Source of the DNA: Mobula hypostoma
Taxonomy: Eukaryota
Assembly (NCBI RefSeq): GCF_963921235.1
Contig: NC_086097.1
Location: 74,774,001-74,838,000 of the forward strand
DNA: 64,000 bases
Direction: 5' to 3'
Of the stretch, positions 50,061 to 64,000 are shown piece by piece. Positions within the stretch are counted from its first letter, which is position 1; each line of letters opens with the position of its first letter. Under the pieces are notes generated by a model. The model worked only from the letters and a program-made list of their open reading frames with translations. It ran no database searches and was not told the DNA's origin. A program made the position numbers and the translations under genes.

Positions 50061-52289
50061 AGCAGAGAGGAAAACAGAGTTAATGTTTCAGTTAATAATC
50101 TCTTATCAGACATTGCATAAGTTTGGGTTTCAACCATTGTGAAGTTTCATGTTGCTGGAGTCAGGGGAAGATCAATTGTTTGTAGACACTGGTTGGAGAA
50201 CAGAATGAATTTTGCTGATGTTGTGTTATCTTGGATAAAACATTTGGCTTATTTAAGGCTTCCCCTTCAGACAAGCATTTGAAACAGAGCAGAGTCAATG
50301 GGCCAAATGGCCTAATTCTGCTCCTATGTTCTATAGTCTTATGGTCTAAGCAACAGCTTAAGTTTTAGAAAAAGAGGTTGTAAGATAGTGATGAATGCTC
50401 TTTCAGTACCTGATCTCAGACTTTTGGATAACATAACTGACATGAAATAAACCACAGAAGTAAAAACAATAGCAATGAAAGTAATTGGCTATTTTATTAC
50501 AAACTATTGATCTTGGGTTCAATGATAATAGTCTTATCTTTCAGTCAGTAGGCTATGGATTTAAGCATACCTCAGGTGGACTTTACAAAATTACATGATC
50601 TGAGATGATCCTAAACATGCAGTAAGTCTTCTCCGGGTACACTGGCCAAAATGTATCCCTTAACCCATAAACCCAGTAGATTATTTGGTCAATTACGTCA
50701 TTGATCTTTCCTTCAAACTGACAACTACATTTCCCTAACATATTCAAATGCAGACAAGGTCTGAGATTCATGGATGGAGAGCTATGGCTTTGATAAGGAA
50801 GCCTTTCTATGGATCAATTCTCAGCGCACATGAGCAGTTAGTTGACAGGATGCAACAAAGACTTCAAAATTGGCAGTGCTCAGGAAATGCAATGGAACAT
50901 GATAGTCTAGCTAAGTTCAGGTGCGATAAGTTCTGAAAGAAAACATTTTAATACATCAACTGAAGGGAGAATTGGAATGGAACTAGCAACTGATGTTTGC
51001 CTTTTTCCCTCTAGGTCACCATTAAGATTGATATACACAAAAGTAGTGATTATCATGATATCGGAAGTGTTAGTTAAAAGAAAAGTAATAGTTTCTTGTT
51101 GATAAAATACACTCCTAAGAAGTCAGGGTTAACCCTTGGCCTTGGCACAACAACCCAACAACAATGCAAGGTGCAGATTAGCTGTCAATTAGCATTATTA
51201 AAATGAGGCAAATCATATCATCAGCACAATGTTTCAATTTTACCCATTGCCTTTAGGTTACACAAGACACTAGTGTAGAATTAAGGCAGTTATTATAACC
51301 TTTTGTGACATGCTTCACGATATATTGGCTTCCCACTTGTCTAATTCTGTAGTTGCTGTTCAGAAGTCTGTAAGTGGAATCCATGTGCTGTTTGCATCAT
51401 CACAAGTTGGAGATGTAGCAGATTGCAGTATAAACACGCTGGGGTATAAGTCACTGAACTCTAGTGTTCCTCTCATAGCAAATTGATAGCATAATTTTAT
51501 TATGCTCTGAACAATGACTACAGGGAATGTGCAAGATCTGCACGGCTCTACATATAATCCATTTGACTAAATGTAACACTTCCATTAGATGAGTGTATAA
51601 TGAAAGCAGTACTGGATGCCAGCAAGGACTATAACATTTCAGTTTTCAGATCTTGTCAAAAGGGCACACAATAAATCATACATATAGCTTATTAAATGTC
51701 ATAGGCAGGTGATCCAACAGGGAGCACAAGGAGGGTGCTTATATTGCAAGATGACTTCGCTGTCATGTGATATGTATTCTTCAGAGCACTAAGGTCAGAA
51801 ATCCTTCACATGGATTTTAATAAGCTACTTATTACCGTCTTTCAATGCTAATTATTTGATATATCCTTTTGGTAACCATCTATTAATATTGAAGTGGTAG
51901 CCATATTTTAACAATGATTGGGTAATAACAATCATTGTTCATTTTTATATAATTGATAATGCAATTCTGCTGAAGAAGTGGCAAGATTCTTCTGTTGGGG
52001 AGAATTTAAAAAAAGATCTTTGAAAAATTTGACTACTAATTTCTACTCTATTATAATATGTTATTAGGACAAAATTGAACTTTTTACCTTTATAATGAAA
52101 GAAGGTGACTTCAAATTGCCATTGCAATATTACACCCTCATAGGTGATTGCAAAAATCTATTAAATATAACATTACATTTTAAAGTACAGTTTATTATAA
52201 ATATCTTCAGATTCTTCACTTATGCCAAATTTAACTGTCGATCAAGTATTAATTAGAAATCATATAGCAGTGAAAAGAAACCTAGAAGT

Positions 52290-52860
52290 TAAATTATAAG
52301 CTTAATTGTGGGTGCAGGGAGGCAGATAAATGCTGTAACTACTGTATGTGAACAGGTCAAAGGACTGGTGTTCTGAGGTGAATGTGTCAACTCCTGACAC
52401 CCCAATGCCATTCCACCCTCTCCTATCCACAAGTCAGGAGTATGATGGATATTCCCCATATGTCTGATGAACATAGCTCTAACAACATTCAAAGAACTCA
52501 ATGTCCTCCAGGATTATGCACTGCATTTGATTGGCACATTAATTTCCTCTATCACTGGTGCACTACGCACATTTTCCATATGATGCACAGGAGTAACTCG
52601 CCATGCCTTTTTTAATGGCACCACCCAAATCAATAACATCTACCACCTAGAAGGCCATGGACACCAGGCACATGCAAACCTACTAACTCTAACCTGCTCA
52701 ACAAGTCACGCATCATCTTGACTTGGGTCAAAATTTTCTAACTCCTTCCCAACTGCTCTCTAGGATCAACCTCACCATAAGGACTGCAGTGGTTCAGGAA
52801 AGTGGTTATGATCACATTTTTAAGGGCATTTAGGGTTGGGGAAATACTCATTGAATTGGT
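52290..52860 (+). mobile_element. Old LINE 3' remnant (clade uncertain)
   Basis: Decayed QVRSMMDIP-like segment (compare QVRS.MEYSP in LINE RT C-termini), followed by a typical 3' sequence. Confidence 0.5.
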
Positions 52861-55324
52861 AAATAAAAGCTCCTATCTCTTTGTCTCAGACACAACTCTA
52901 TTTTCAAGCATTATCAATTCTGCTAGCATTAAGAGAGAGAAATAAAATTGCCAGTTTTTTAAAAATTTCAGTTGCACAATATGCAGTTTACACACTGTTG
53001 TATTCAACCCAGAAAGATAAACTGAATCTGTACACTAATGCAAAATTTGGTGTCTGTCATCATTCATTATATAGAGAAGGATAAGATAAATTTCACACCA
53101 TATGCCATTAAATACTGATTCTTGCCAAAAGCCACTACAATATTTTCCCATGAGTCACAACTGAATCCAAAGATGTTTTCACAACAATCAGATAAACTTA
53201 AAAAGAAACAGTAATTTGACACTACTGAGGAAAACCTCAGTCTTCAGGTATCATGTGATTTAAAATCCCATACAGTACTAAAATTCCCCTAAGTGGGCAC
53301 ACCCCAGAGAATTCAGTAAATCTTTCTTTCTAAATATAGAACTGAAGCAAAAGACAAAAGTAAAAATGCAGCTCATTATACATAAAATAGTCCTTTATTT
53401 TGTTCTTTATTATTGCATAGAAACGTGACTAACTACTTTATCCTGAACATTGCCCAGAATTCTTTTTTATTGCCTTTTACAATTGAAAATTAAGCAAATG
53501 CTAAAGAATTGCAAACATGGTTTCAGCTGTCTGAAAATGATGTGCCACTTGCGATATCAAAACAGAGCTTCCTTCTGACCTCTCCAAGCCTTAATTGTGC
53601 GGCTGAGACAAAGGAATGATTCAGCATCCCTTCATCTGGCTGCTTGAAACTAAAAAGGGCTGCATCAGTCCACTGGCACTGGCCATTAATTTCCTGATAT
53701 CAAATGAGAAAGCTCTTCAAATTGATCACAGCACTTCTGCAAAACACTCTTTAGCTTGGGAAACAAGAACTGGAATGATTTTTTTTTAGCTATTTAGGAG
53801 CCTCTTTCTATTTTTATAAGTGTGCAATCCCTGCACTTTATGATGTCTAATGGGACCATGATCTAGCACTTGATATCACATGTCCAGTGTTTACAAATGT
53901 ACACACTTGCATCACCTTTGACTTTCGGTATGGCAATCAAGACTGTACATCTAATTCTTGTTTCAGAAATGGGAGTGTCAGCTGATCACTGTGAAGCTTT
54001 TGATGTCTGAGTGGCTGAGCTCTTAACATTGTCAGTTCTTTAGGAAATATTCAATTATTAATTGGGTACAAAATGTACTATATCTAGCACAATATAAACT
54101 GGCAAAATTAAAGTACTCAATTGCTTTAAATGTTATCTAACTCACTGGTTTCAAGATACCATTTCAAAGATCGATACAATTATTAAATTCCGTGAAATGT
54201 GTATTTTCGATTCAAAACAATTCAGTAATTTTTTTGGTCTTCAATACTGCAGTTTATTTCTGCATAAGCCTGCCTGACAGAATATAAGCAACTCAATTTT
54301 CTGCTCTGTAGCTAGGCACATTGCCTTTTACATAGTGCTAGCATGAAAAGGCAGTGGCTAAGCTTTGGTTACTGGTGTAATTGAAATGCTATCCACACTA
54401 TAGGGTGCATTAAAGTCAGATAACAGCAGTTCCTGTGGCCAATTTAAGTAGCTTGACTTCCCTAGGAAAAAAAAAAATTGCCTGACAGATAAGGCAGACA
54501 AACTGGCTAATTCTCCAGGCATGTCTCTCATTGTGATCCTAGAAAAATGAGAAAAAAATGAATCACAGAACCACAAAATCAATTGACCCTCAGGTTGCTC
54601 ATCAGGCACGGAGTCCGATAAACCTAAAAGCTTCGTTAATGTCTGCCTGCCTGTATCCCACAGATAGAGCACTTTGTAAATGAACCTGCTTTGATAAATA
54701 TATTAAGGAAAGCTGCGAATAAAAGGAAAGTCTTCTCATTTGTAAATACAACCTCTGCTACATGGAATTATAATGATAAAATGGGGTTCCATGTAATTAA
54801 GTTTGTATAAGACCTGAAATCCGTGCAAATACCTTCCCTGAATTTTGAAAGGAAACTGTCAGTTCAATTAATCTGAACATCACCCGAGAATGTACTGAAC
54901 AAAATTAAGCTGCAGATAAAGCCCGGGCCAGTATTTTGATAAGTAATTCCTGTATCATTTCTTTGGTACTGTGATCATTTCATTTAATCCAACCTCCCTA
55001 CGTCTCCCCCACTACCATTCAAAGTTATGTGTTAAGCTATCTACAAAGGGACAACTAGTATTACTGCTGTTGCAGTAATCCACCATATCACACATGTAAA
55101 ATGGGAAAAAATGTATACTTTTACAAACATGATCAAAAAAAGAAAATCAATATCCTATTCTAAATACAATTTCAAAATGGGACAATGTAAAGCCTTCTAT
55201 CTAGCATACCAAAATCAAAGTTGCATGTCTGTGTGCCAAATAATTTTGAGTCTCCAAAAAAAGGGGGCTAGTTACAAAGCAAAGCACCTTCGAGAGAGGG
55301 ACAGAAGCGGGGTAAGTCACTCAC

Positions 55325-55401
55325 CAGTTGTTCACTTGTAGGATTGTGAGTCCCGTGTCTTGGGCTAACTGTTTCTTCTGCTCCTCTGATGGGTACGGAT
55401 G
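55325..55401 (-). CDS. MEIS2: MEIS2 internal coding exon (77 bp), homeodomain TALE loop and helix 2 to start of helix 3
   Basis: Minus strand reads tttgtgcag|CATCCGTACCCATCAGAG...GTGAACAACTG|gtgagt, encoding [26 protein letters not shown], the Meis homeodomain sequence. AG acceptor and GT donor are canonical. Too short for the ORF track. Confidence 0.97.
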
Positions 55402-58400
55402 CTGCACAAAATAATAAGCATTAGCCATGAGTAGCTTGGAACCACAAAACAAAATCTGGCACTGATTAAACTCACTCTAACTACAGAGGGACAGTGTCTC
55501 ATTAAAAAAAAAACCTTTGCAAGGAAAGAAAGCAATGCTCATCTAATATGGATTTTTAAAAATGAAATGAATTATTTTGATTGCTGGGTGTTGACACTTT
55601 TTTGGATCAGCCTCCAGCCCTTTTGAAAGGCATGTAATTGCAGGAGGCTTTCCTCATCTTACCTTGTCCATATTAGTAATGACCCCTTGCTACTGCTAAA
55701 CCACTAATAGTTTTCAGCAGAGGCGAATGAAATGAATAGGATGAATCTAAATTCACAGTTGGTAATTTGCATTGTATAAGGCTGCCTTAGCCTCTTGGAC
55801 TGCTCTTGGTCATCAATCCTTGGTTGTCAGGTGCTGCACTACGCCACAGTGATAAATATGCTTCCTAACACCAGAATCCATCCAAACAATGTGATTGTCC
55901 TTTATTTTACGCTCAGTAATGAAGATACTTAATGGCTGATAAAAACAAGGATGTTTTGCGGTAAGAGGAGGGAGTAAAATCAAGAGGTTTACATAATAAT
56001 TCTGAATGGGACATGTTTTGGAATCATTTCTTAGTAAACCTCTAGTGGCACAAGACTGCAGCCACAAATGTACTAGTTATTATGTGTTGTCAAAATACGC
56101 CTTTCCCTTTTCCACCTAATTCATCAATATTAGCTCTTTCTGCATTGAAGCTGGTACAAATGACAGTGAAATGTCAGTATAAAACCAAGGCTAACTACTG
56201 TAGGAGAAGCAAAGCATCTTCAGGTAATGCAGTTACACTATATATATGGCCATTTGAAATCTCTAATTCAGTCATTTCTGCCATAGCCATCCTGTAGCAA
56301 TTGAGGTTTCCCAGTGGAATACATGCTAGAATATAGTAACAATGATGATGGATCACCTCATCACTGTGGAACCAGACTGTGGTGAATTAAGGACACAGGT
56401 CATAGGTTTGGCTGTCCTCAAACCACTCTGCACTGATGAAGCTTTCAGAGGTGTGAAATGGTAGCTACACAAGTATGTATTTTAACCAGATACTAATTTT
56501 CATCTTTCCTGCTACACATACAGAACTCTGCCCCTTAGTCTTCTTGCTAGCAATGAAAATGATTTTACACTAAATACTGTCTACTAAATTCCATATTGGA
56601 TATTTTTTTTTGCAGAAGATTAAGTGTATAGTCAATTTATGCTGCAACTAGATGTGGACCTAAGTATTACTGCTTCCTGGCAGCAGCTAAACCAGGCAGG
56701 ATTGTTGCATGACTCACCGAGGCTCATAGACATGTACTACTAAACATGGAGAGAGAGCAAAGCACAGGCACTCAAATCACAGCAAATAGCTTTATTTGCT
56801 TGCTGCCTCACCACGGCTTACAGGCTGCACAATAACGATTATGGAAGCCCCAGTGAAAGGCCATCACTATGGTGAAATAAAACAGTTATCATTTCTTACA
56901 CTTCAAAGGCTGGGATCATAAGCCAGTAGCTGTGTAATGTTGCTGTGAACAGGGTTCCCCCACATACAAAAAAAAACAGTTGCTGCCCCCTCGACAATAG
57001 CTGGCTTCGCTGCTGTTTTCCCCTGGCATCCAGCCAGATGCTGGTTTGGTACACCATTAATTTATGTTCACTGAGTTGGTGCAGGTCTATTGCAATGCTT
57101 TTCATCAATTTGCCTTCCAAGTTGAGACTGTGGTCTGCCAAATTCTGAGCTAATATGTTGAAAGCATTATACTGAATGTGATCAGTGAAGTTAAGGTAAG
57201 TTTTTGTGGTTCCCCAATTTACTAATGCATGTATACTGCGTGCAGATTCAAATACCCACTCACTGCCAGAGCCCGTGCCTTTCTCACAGAAGTGAAATTT
57301 TCACTGAATATCGGTGATATTCTACAAATTACTGCTTTGTCATAAATTCATGAAAATATACAGTATCTGCAATCAGCATGCACTCTGAATAAACATCAAC
57401 ACCAATTTAATGGCTTGTGCACACATTGTAAACCAGAAAGCCTCAGTGGAGGCAAATCCAGATAAATCAAACTCAACCTCACACAGGCAAGAAGAAATTG
57501 GGCTTTTATTGCGGTTTATTTAATTCCACAAAGTAAGCACAACTTTTTAGCGCAAGGATATGAAGTAAATGCATAATATACATTTTGCTATGCACGATAA
57601 CATAGTTGTTAGCACACTTGGACTCAACCTCAGATGAAGATTAAAATACTGTGTGCAAAATTGATTAAAACCAAATACCTTGTGTCCCAGTTAAGCTGCA
57701 CATTTGATGTTCATGTGGAACGAACTTCCACGCCATACCAATACTAAATATCTGGTGGAACTCTGTCAATTTTGCAGATACCGCTAATTCAGTGTAAGTT
57801 GCAAATTCACTGGGGCAACAACAAAGCAAATGGAGGGTGTAACCGTAACTGTCCCCCACAACCATGTTTAAAATCCACTATGTGTGTGCAGTTTAACAGG
57901 GACGCTGTAGCTTCCAGTGCACCTCATATTAAATGCTTTTCTCTCCAGTGGCTGGAATAAAAAAGGCAGAATGCAAAGATTACCCACAGGAGGAATAAAA
58001 GGCCAGTTTAAACCACCTACTGCTCCTCACTTTAAACAAAACTGAGAAAAAAACACTCAATAGAAGGAATCAGCATAATAGATCCCAAGCACTGATGACC
58101 AGAGATGACAGTTCCATCCTGTCCCCTAAATTACTGGATCAGTGTAGCCAGAATTTATGAGAGTCAGACACTGGACCTCACATAGCTCACATATTAGACC
58201 ATTAGGCATCTAACTACCTCTGAACAATTTCAATGCATTATCTCTCCTTCTCCCTGGGGCACAAACTTCACTCTTCCATACTTTTAATATATTTTGTCTG
58301 CACGAAGCAGATCGAGTTATTACATGCTAGCAGAACACAGCAAACACTAGTATCCTGCCTGTACGTTTAGGAGCTGATTTCAGCATGTCTACTGACTGTA

Positions 58401-59094
58401 AAACAGCATACACAGCCACACAATAAACTTTATCTGGGAGTGGTTTTTATACTTCTGAGCTACAACTTGATTTGTTTTGGTGCTGACTGTAGATCAAACT
58501 CTTTCCTAGAAAGAGGGTTCATTATTTTTGTTTACAAGTCATGCACATACGGAATCCACTTATCTTAATTTCATAGAAAAGCCTGCAGTAACCACAAATA
58601 GATGAGTGGTTTCCACATGAATTAACTCAAGTCAGTGGTTACGAGGCATTCCATCAGAAATCTTTGCATTCAGCACATCAAATAAACAACACAGTCATGC
58701 AACAGAACAATGGACTGTCTACAAAAATGATCCAACTATCACTACCAAGCCAGCTTCGGTGAAAAGCGCCATAGTCCCATCAACAGAATACTTGCAGTAA
58801 GTCAGTTTGCAAATTCTGCTTATTAAAATAAGATCAAAAGTTCCTTCACAGGTACAAAATGAGCCACAGATGTAATGTTTCCTCTGATCAGCTGCTTAAC
58901 CAATGTGAAGCTAATAAAAGAAGTGTACTCTCTATCTGTACAAGGTGATCATGGAAGTACACCCCAGGCTTGACACCTTAGATTATTTTGTGATCTCACT
59001 CTGCGATACAGTTTGAGCTTCAAAATAACGAAAGCCCACAGTTCTGATATTTGCCCATTGCAAGATATAGCTCTCACATGATGACAAACCAACA

Positions 59095-61420
59095 GTCTGT
59101 GAAGAATTCAAACAGCATCTCTGGAGGCAAAAGAATGATCAAGGCCTTACATCAAATCTGAGAATACACAGGGAGGACAGCAAGTATAAAGAGGTGAGAG
59201 GGAGGAGTGAGCGGAGGCTAGAAGGTGAGAGGTGGAACTAGATAATGGAAGGATGATGGGCAGATGAAGCCAGGTTGGGGACGGGATAGAAAAGGTGAAC
59301 CAAGGGAGAAGAAAACCAGGAAGGGTCTCAGCCCAAAATGTAGACTGTACTCTTTTCAATAGATGCTGCCTGGCTTACTGAGTTCCTCCAGCAGTTTGTG
59401 TGTGTTGCTTGGATTTCCAGCATCTGCAGATTTTCTCTTGTTTGAGGTAGGTATGTGGGTGGTGGGCCAATTGAAACAGGTAAGGAAGGATAATAAGCCT
59501 TGTGATGATGGGGGTGTGGAGAGATGGAAAAGGTGAACAAAGGGAGGGAGAACCTGGGTGGGCTGGTGGCACTGGCAAAGGAACAAGGAGTGTAAGATAT
59601 CTGAATTTGGAACATTTAATGTTGAAGCTATTGGGCTGTAGTCTACGCAGATGGGATGTGAAGTACCATTCTTCCAGTTTGCAACTGGCCTCAATGTGGC
59701 AGTGGAAGAGGCTAAGGACAGATATGTGAGTGTGGGAATGGGAAGGAGAATTGAAGTGGCAGGCAAGCAGAAACTTGAACAGAGCACAGGCAGAGATAGA
59801 TGAGTGGACCAGGGAGTCATGGTTACACAGAGAACACAAATAGAGGTGGAGAGGGGAAGATATGGCTGGTGATGGGACCCTATAGAAGCTGATGCAAATG
59901 GTAGACGGTGATATGCTGGATGTGAAGGCTAGTGGGGTGAGAAGCAGAGGAACTCTTCCTCTGTTCTGTGAAAATCGAAATCTGTTGATAGAGTCATAGA
60001 GTAATACAGCATGAGAACAGGCCCTTCAGCCCAACTCATCAATGCTGACCATGGTGCCCACCAAGCTGGTTCCATTTGCCTGAGTTTAGTCCATATCCTT
60101 GGAAGCCCCTATCTATGTATTCCTTCAAATGCTGGAAATCTAAACAAAAACATAAAATGAATACTCAGCAGGTCAGGGAACATCTCTAGTTTGCTTCAAC
60201 ACTTGTCATAGTCAAGAAGGGAAAGAGACACCACAGGGGAGAACAAGGCAAGAGAGACAACCGGAAATCCCATCAGAAGGCAGAGTAGGACTGTTTCAGT
60301 TTGGGCATTTCTAGAGGAGAAGTAGCAGTGAATTCACCAAGTGAGTGAAAATCAAGTCAATTGTAGATGGTGGAAATATAAGCAAAACATAAGATATTGG
60401 AAAATAATCTGTTCTGTCTGCTGGGGGGGGGTGGTGTTTAGAAGATAGGGTGTGAGAGTAGAGATGTGGGAAATTGAGGGAATGTGTGTGAAAGGTCCAT
60501 CAATTATGGGAGAGGAGAAGCTACATTTCCCAAAGGAGAAGGACACCTCAGAAGTCCTAGAATGGAAAACCTCATCTTAAGAACCCAGTGTGGAGAGAAA
60601 AAGAGAAAGACAGGTATAGGGCCTTACAAGAGATGGGGCGGGAGGAGATGTAGTCAAGTTAGAGATGGGAGTTTGTACGTTCATAGTAGATATTAAAGGA
60701 TAGTTTATTTCCTGAGGTAGTCAGAGGGAGATACAGAAGAGGGAGAGAAGTGTCACAAAGAATCCAAAAATAATTCAGGAGTATTTGAGTCCAGAGTGGA
60801 AGTTGATGGCAAAGGTGATACAAATGACAAATTCCACATGACCACAGGAAGCAACAGCAATGTTGTTGATGCAGTTAAGAAAAAGTTGGGGAGGGGAACT
60901 AGAACAGTTTCAGAACAAAGGCTATTCAAAAGGCCAACAAAAAGACATACATAGCTGGGAGCCATGTGGGTCCTTATGGCAATATCTTTGATTTGCAGAA
61001 TGTGGAGGAAGAGAAGTTGTTCAACCAGTTCTGCAATGTGGATAAAAGCGTTACTAGAGAAGAACTGGGTGAGTCTTTGTTCTTGAAAGAAGCAGTGGGG
61101 ATTGGAGGTGTAGAGTGACTGTATACCCATGGTGAAGATGAGGTGGCTGGGACCAGGGAAATGGAAGTCGTTAAAGTAATGCAAAGCATGAGAGGTCTTG
61201 GATGTAGGTGGGAAGGGACAGGACTGAGCAAAGGTATAACACAATAATGTATACAGCCTCTTGTGTCCACCCTACAGATTGAAGAAATATATGAAATAAG
61301 TAAATCATGAAGTCAGGACTGGTTGGTGAGGGAGAGGTGCGGAGAAAATCCGAACAGATAAATGTGATGAACCTTGGGTAATTCTTCAACATGAGAGATG
61401 CGATGTAAATGCTGGCGGTA
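59095..61420 (-). mobile_element. Fragmented Penelope-like element (RT + GIY-YIG remnants) with inserted repeats
   Basis: RT motifs HLIFTMGIQSLYTSNPH and QIKDIAIRTHMAPSYVCLFVG (60753..61244; compare T.DV.SLYT.IP and GVAMGT.M.PSYA). GIY-YIG tail ACHFNSPSHSH..KLEEWYFTSHL (59375..59839). An oppositely oriented terminal fragment lies at 59320-59440 and a CR1 3' piece at ~59988-60130. Confidence 0.8.
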
Positions 61421-64000
61421 GTGGCTATGGCAACAAAGCTATAACATGTGTTGTATATTGGCAGGGGGCATTTGAGTTGAATGACCTGTTTCCATGCTGT
61501 AAGTTTGAAGTTCTTGGATTCAAGTTAAGAGTCTAACTTGAATCCCTGCATTATGAAGAGAGTAATAAGTGCACTGATATTTAAAATAACTTAGCTGAAA
61601 AATTATGAAAATCTCACCCTAGTACTGTACTTTTGACATAAATGTTGGCAAACAAGCAGAAAGTGAAGCAAGTGATCATGTTTAAAATTTAACCAAATCT
61701 TACCAATTTCATACCAATCTTCAGGTATTATGTGAATTCCATGGTATCTGGCATGCAACTGAAAATACACGAAATTGTTTTTGGCAGAAGGGTTTGAAGA
61801 CCTTTATTCTAAAATTGTAATCTTAACAACAAAGCTGCAAAGTTGAATATAAGGTCTAAATATCCCATAATTTCACAAATGGGAAAACGGTCAGGATAAG
61901 ATTTATTCAGTTTTGGGCCATTGTGTTGCCTCAAGTATATTTGTTGGCTGATGAATAGCCAGAATCAAAAGCTAACACAGGAGAGGGGTGCAGGTTGGTG
62001 AGAATGGAGGCACTATAGAAGGAGGTAGCGTGCAGGAAAATCCTGATCAGGGAGGCTGTGATGGAGAAAAGGCCTTAAGAGTTGGTGGAGAGAACTGCTG
62101 GTGGTTGTGATGAGGAGCTTCAGGCAACGCAAAATATTGCCAAAACAGTTTTAAACCCTTGTCAGATTATCTTAGTTCAAAAGCTTTGAACTTGTGACAC
62201 TTGTCTCTAGTAATGAGTCCTAAAGCTTGCCAGCAGTAAAGCGGAAGTCAGAAAAAAATGTCAAGGTAATGGCAGATGATAATCCCAGTAATCAGCAGGA
62301 TTTGCAAAATTTAATCCTGGATTCTTATAATCAAGTCACGAATTTGGGACTGCAAGGCAAACATGATGTTACTCTGTGTACGGTGATAATGGCATAGTTT
62401 GTATGATGTCACTGTATACTACTTTAATGGCTTTATTCTGTTACAGTAGATTTAGCGAAAGTACCGAAGAAAGTGGACTTACTTCATCAATATTGACACA
62501 ATTCTATCCTCACAGAATGAAAGTTTCATGTCTGAACTCCTGATACAATTTTGTCTGAAGGAAATGCAATGTTTGCTCTTGTGCTAAATAGGAACCATTT
62601 AATGTCAGTGGAGGGTGGAAGTTGGAATTAAGAGGTACTATGCAATGAAAATTTGTATTCTTGGGCATGGTACACCTGATTCTTGGGACACTCATGAAAG
62701 GGATGCACATAAGCCAAAGTCCTTAGATATAGAAGGATTAAATTTCAGAAGATTATGTTTCTATTGGGGAATATCAAGGTTTAATAGCCAAGAATGATCC
62801 AACCATTCATCATAGCTGTGTAGCTATAAAGCTGAAGAGCCTTTCTACATCTAATGTGGAAGATCAGTACAGGTACTGGACAAGCTGCTTAGCACCCTCC
62901 TGGCATGGAGAAATTCTTTGATAAGCCCTCGGGAAGCTGCATTCCATTTAGGTCTTGATGAACCTGACTTACTACAGTCTCTGTGGATCTATAAATGTAA
63001 ATGGTGATTTGAGTAACGGTTACCCAGCTAAAGCGAATGTAATTTTGTACAAACTCAGTTTATATCCAAAATGCTTTAAAGAAACAGCTCGCAAACTGTC
63101 ATTCCTACCACATAAAATAAAAGCTATTAAGGGGATGATAAACAAATATTTTTGAACATGCATGCATAACATATATTTGAATTCTTACCTATTACTGCTG
63201 ACCTGAACTAACAGTATTTGCTTCTTTTCTCTCATTAGTGGTTTTCCCAGTCTGGCCTAACAGGAAGTCTAAAGTGATCCTGACTCCTCCCTGGAGGCTG
63301 TTCATCAGCTAGCTCAGCTTACAGCAATACAAAATTAGTAATGTGCAAGAGCTGCAATGCATTAGTTTTTATCAAATTATCTTTTATTACAAAAGATAAT
63401 AAAAGAGCAACTGTTCTGCCATATCACGGCTGAGGCTACTGATCTTTTATGTCTCTTTGTTATTAGCATGACAATACAGATCTTCAGCCATTGTGATCAT
63501 TACCAACTCCAGTAATGCTGACTAAATTGTTGCGCACACCAGCAGGTCATTAGCCTTTGAGCTGGATATATAATAGGCCTGAAACAGATTTGATAAACCT
63601 CAGGTTCTTTCTTGTTGACAAGTGTCTTCATTCTTTTCAACAACTTTCAGAATCACACAGAAAGAATGGAGGGGCAAGTACTATCTGGGCCAGCCCAAAT
63701 AACTTAGAAGGCACATGCTGAATTGCATTCGACTAAAAGTGGAAGGCAGCTGTGGGTTTTTAGTTCGCCAGAATAGTTAATAAAGTAATCAAGCTATCAA
63801 GTGCAGGCTTTGACCAGCAGGCACTAGCTTTACTAATGCCTTCAAACTAGGCACTGATTGTAACAATTCCTGGGGAGAATAATCCCTTTTTTTGATATTA
63901 GAGAGTAAAGAAAACTCAGTTACTCTTGTTTCCTCTACTGTGTTGAATAGCAATAATTGCACTCATAATAGTGAAGGATTACTGTATGGTGAAGTTGTGA

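Larger units (their letters stand above)
22087..55324 (-). other. MEIS2: 33.2 kb MEIS2 intron splitting the homeodomain
   Basis: Bounded by gtgagt (55324) and ttag (22087). The flanking exons join in frame, so no intervening coding exon is needed. Confidence 0.9.

Noticed and set aside
56035..56050. Partial CTCF-like word CCACTAGAGG on the minus strand
   Set aside because: Lacks the GGCRS 3' half of the core, so too weak to call.

Overview
Eukaryotic vertebrate DNA, most likely a cartilaginous fish (ray/shark). That assignment is inferred from the repeat repertoire: CR1, L2, Rex1/Babar and Penelope GIY-YIG elements. The window holds the 3' half of the TALE-homeobox gene MEIS2 on the minus strand. 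I located five coding exons by their splice sites: 55325-55401, 22028-22086, 19906-20016 (alternative acceptor at 19995), cassette exon 19508-19603, and a terminal exon starting at 17292. A 3'UTR with several AATAAA signals follows. The 5' exons lie beyond position 64000. The rest is intronic or intergenic DNA with decayed transposons. Points of interest: (1) a GC-AG intron whose weak donor is followed by an in-frame 27-codon extension, a second GT donor, and a stop codon overlapping AATAAA; (2) a ~7 kb CpG-retaining, transposon-free domain just downstream of the poly(A) site, with two same-orientation CTCF-like motifs and a Meis + Pbx-Hox motif pair; (3) nested and inverted retrotransposon arrangements and a Harbinger transposase fossil. 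I found no CRISPR array, RNA gene or convincing novel protein-coding system. Nearly all other listed ORFs look like chance ORFs or transposon debris. Family assignments rest on recalled motifs, not database searches.
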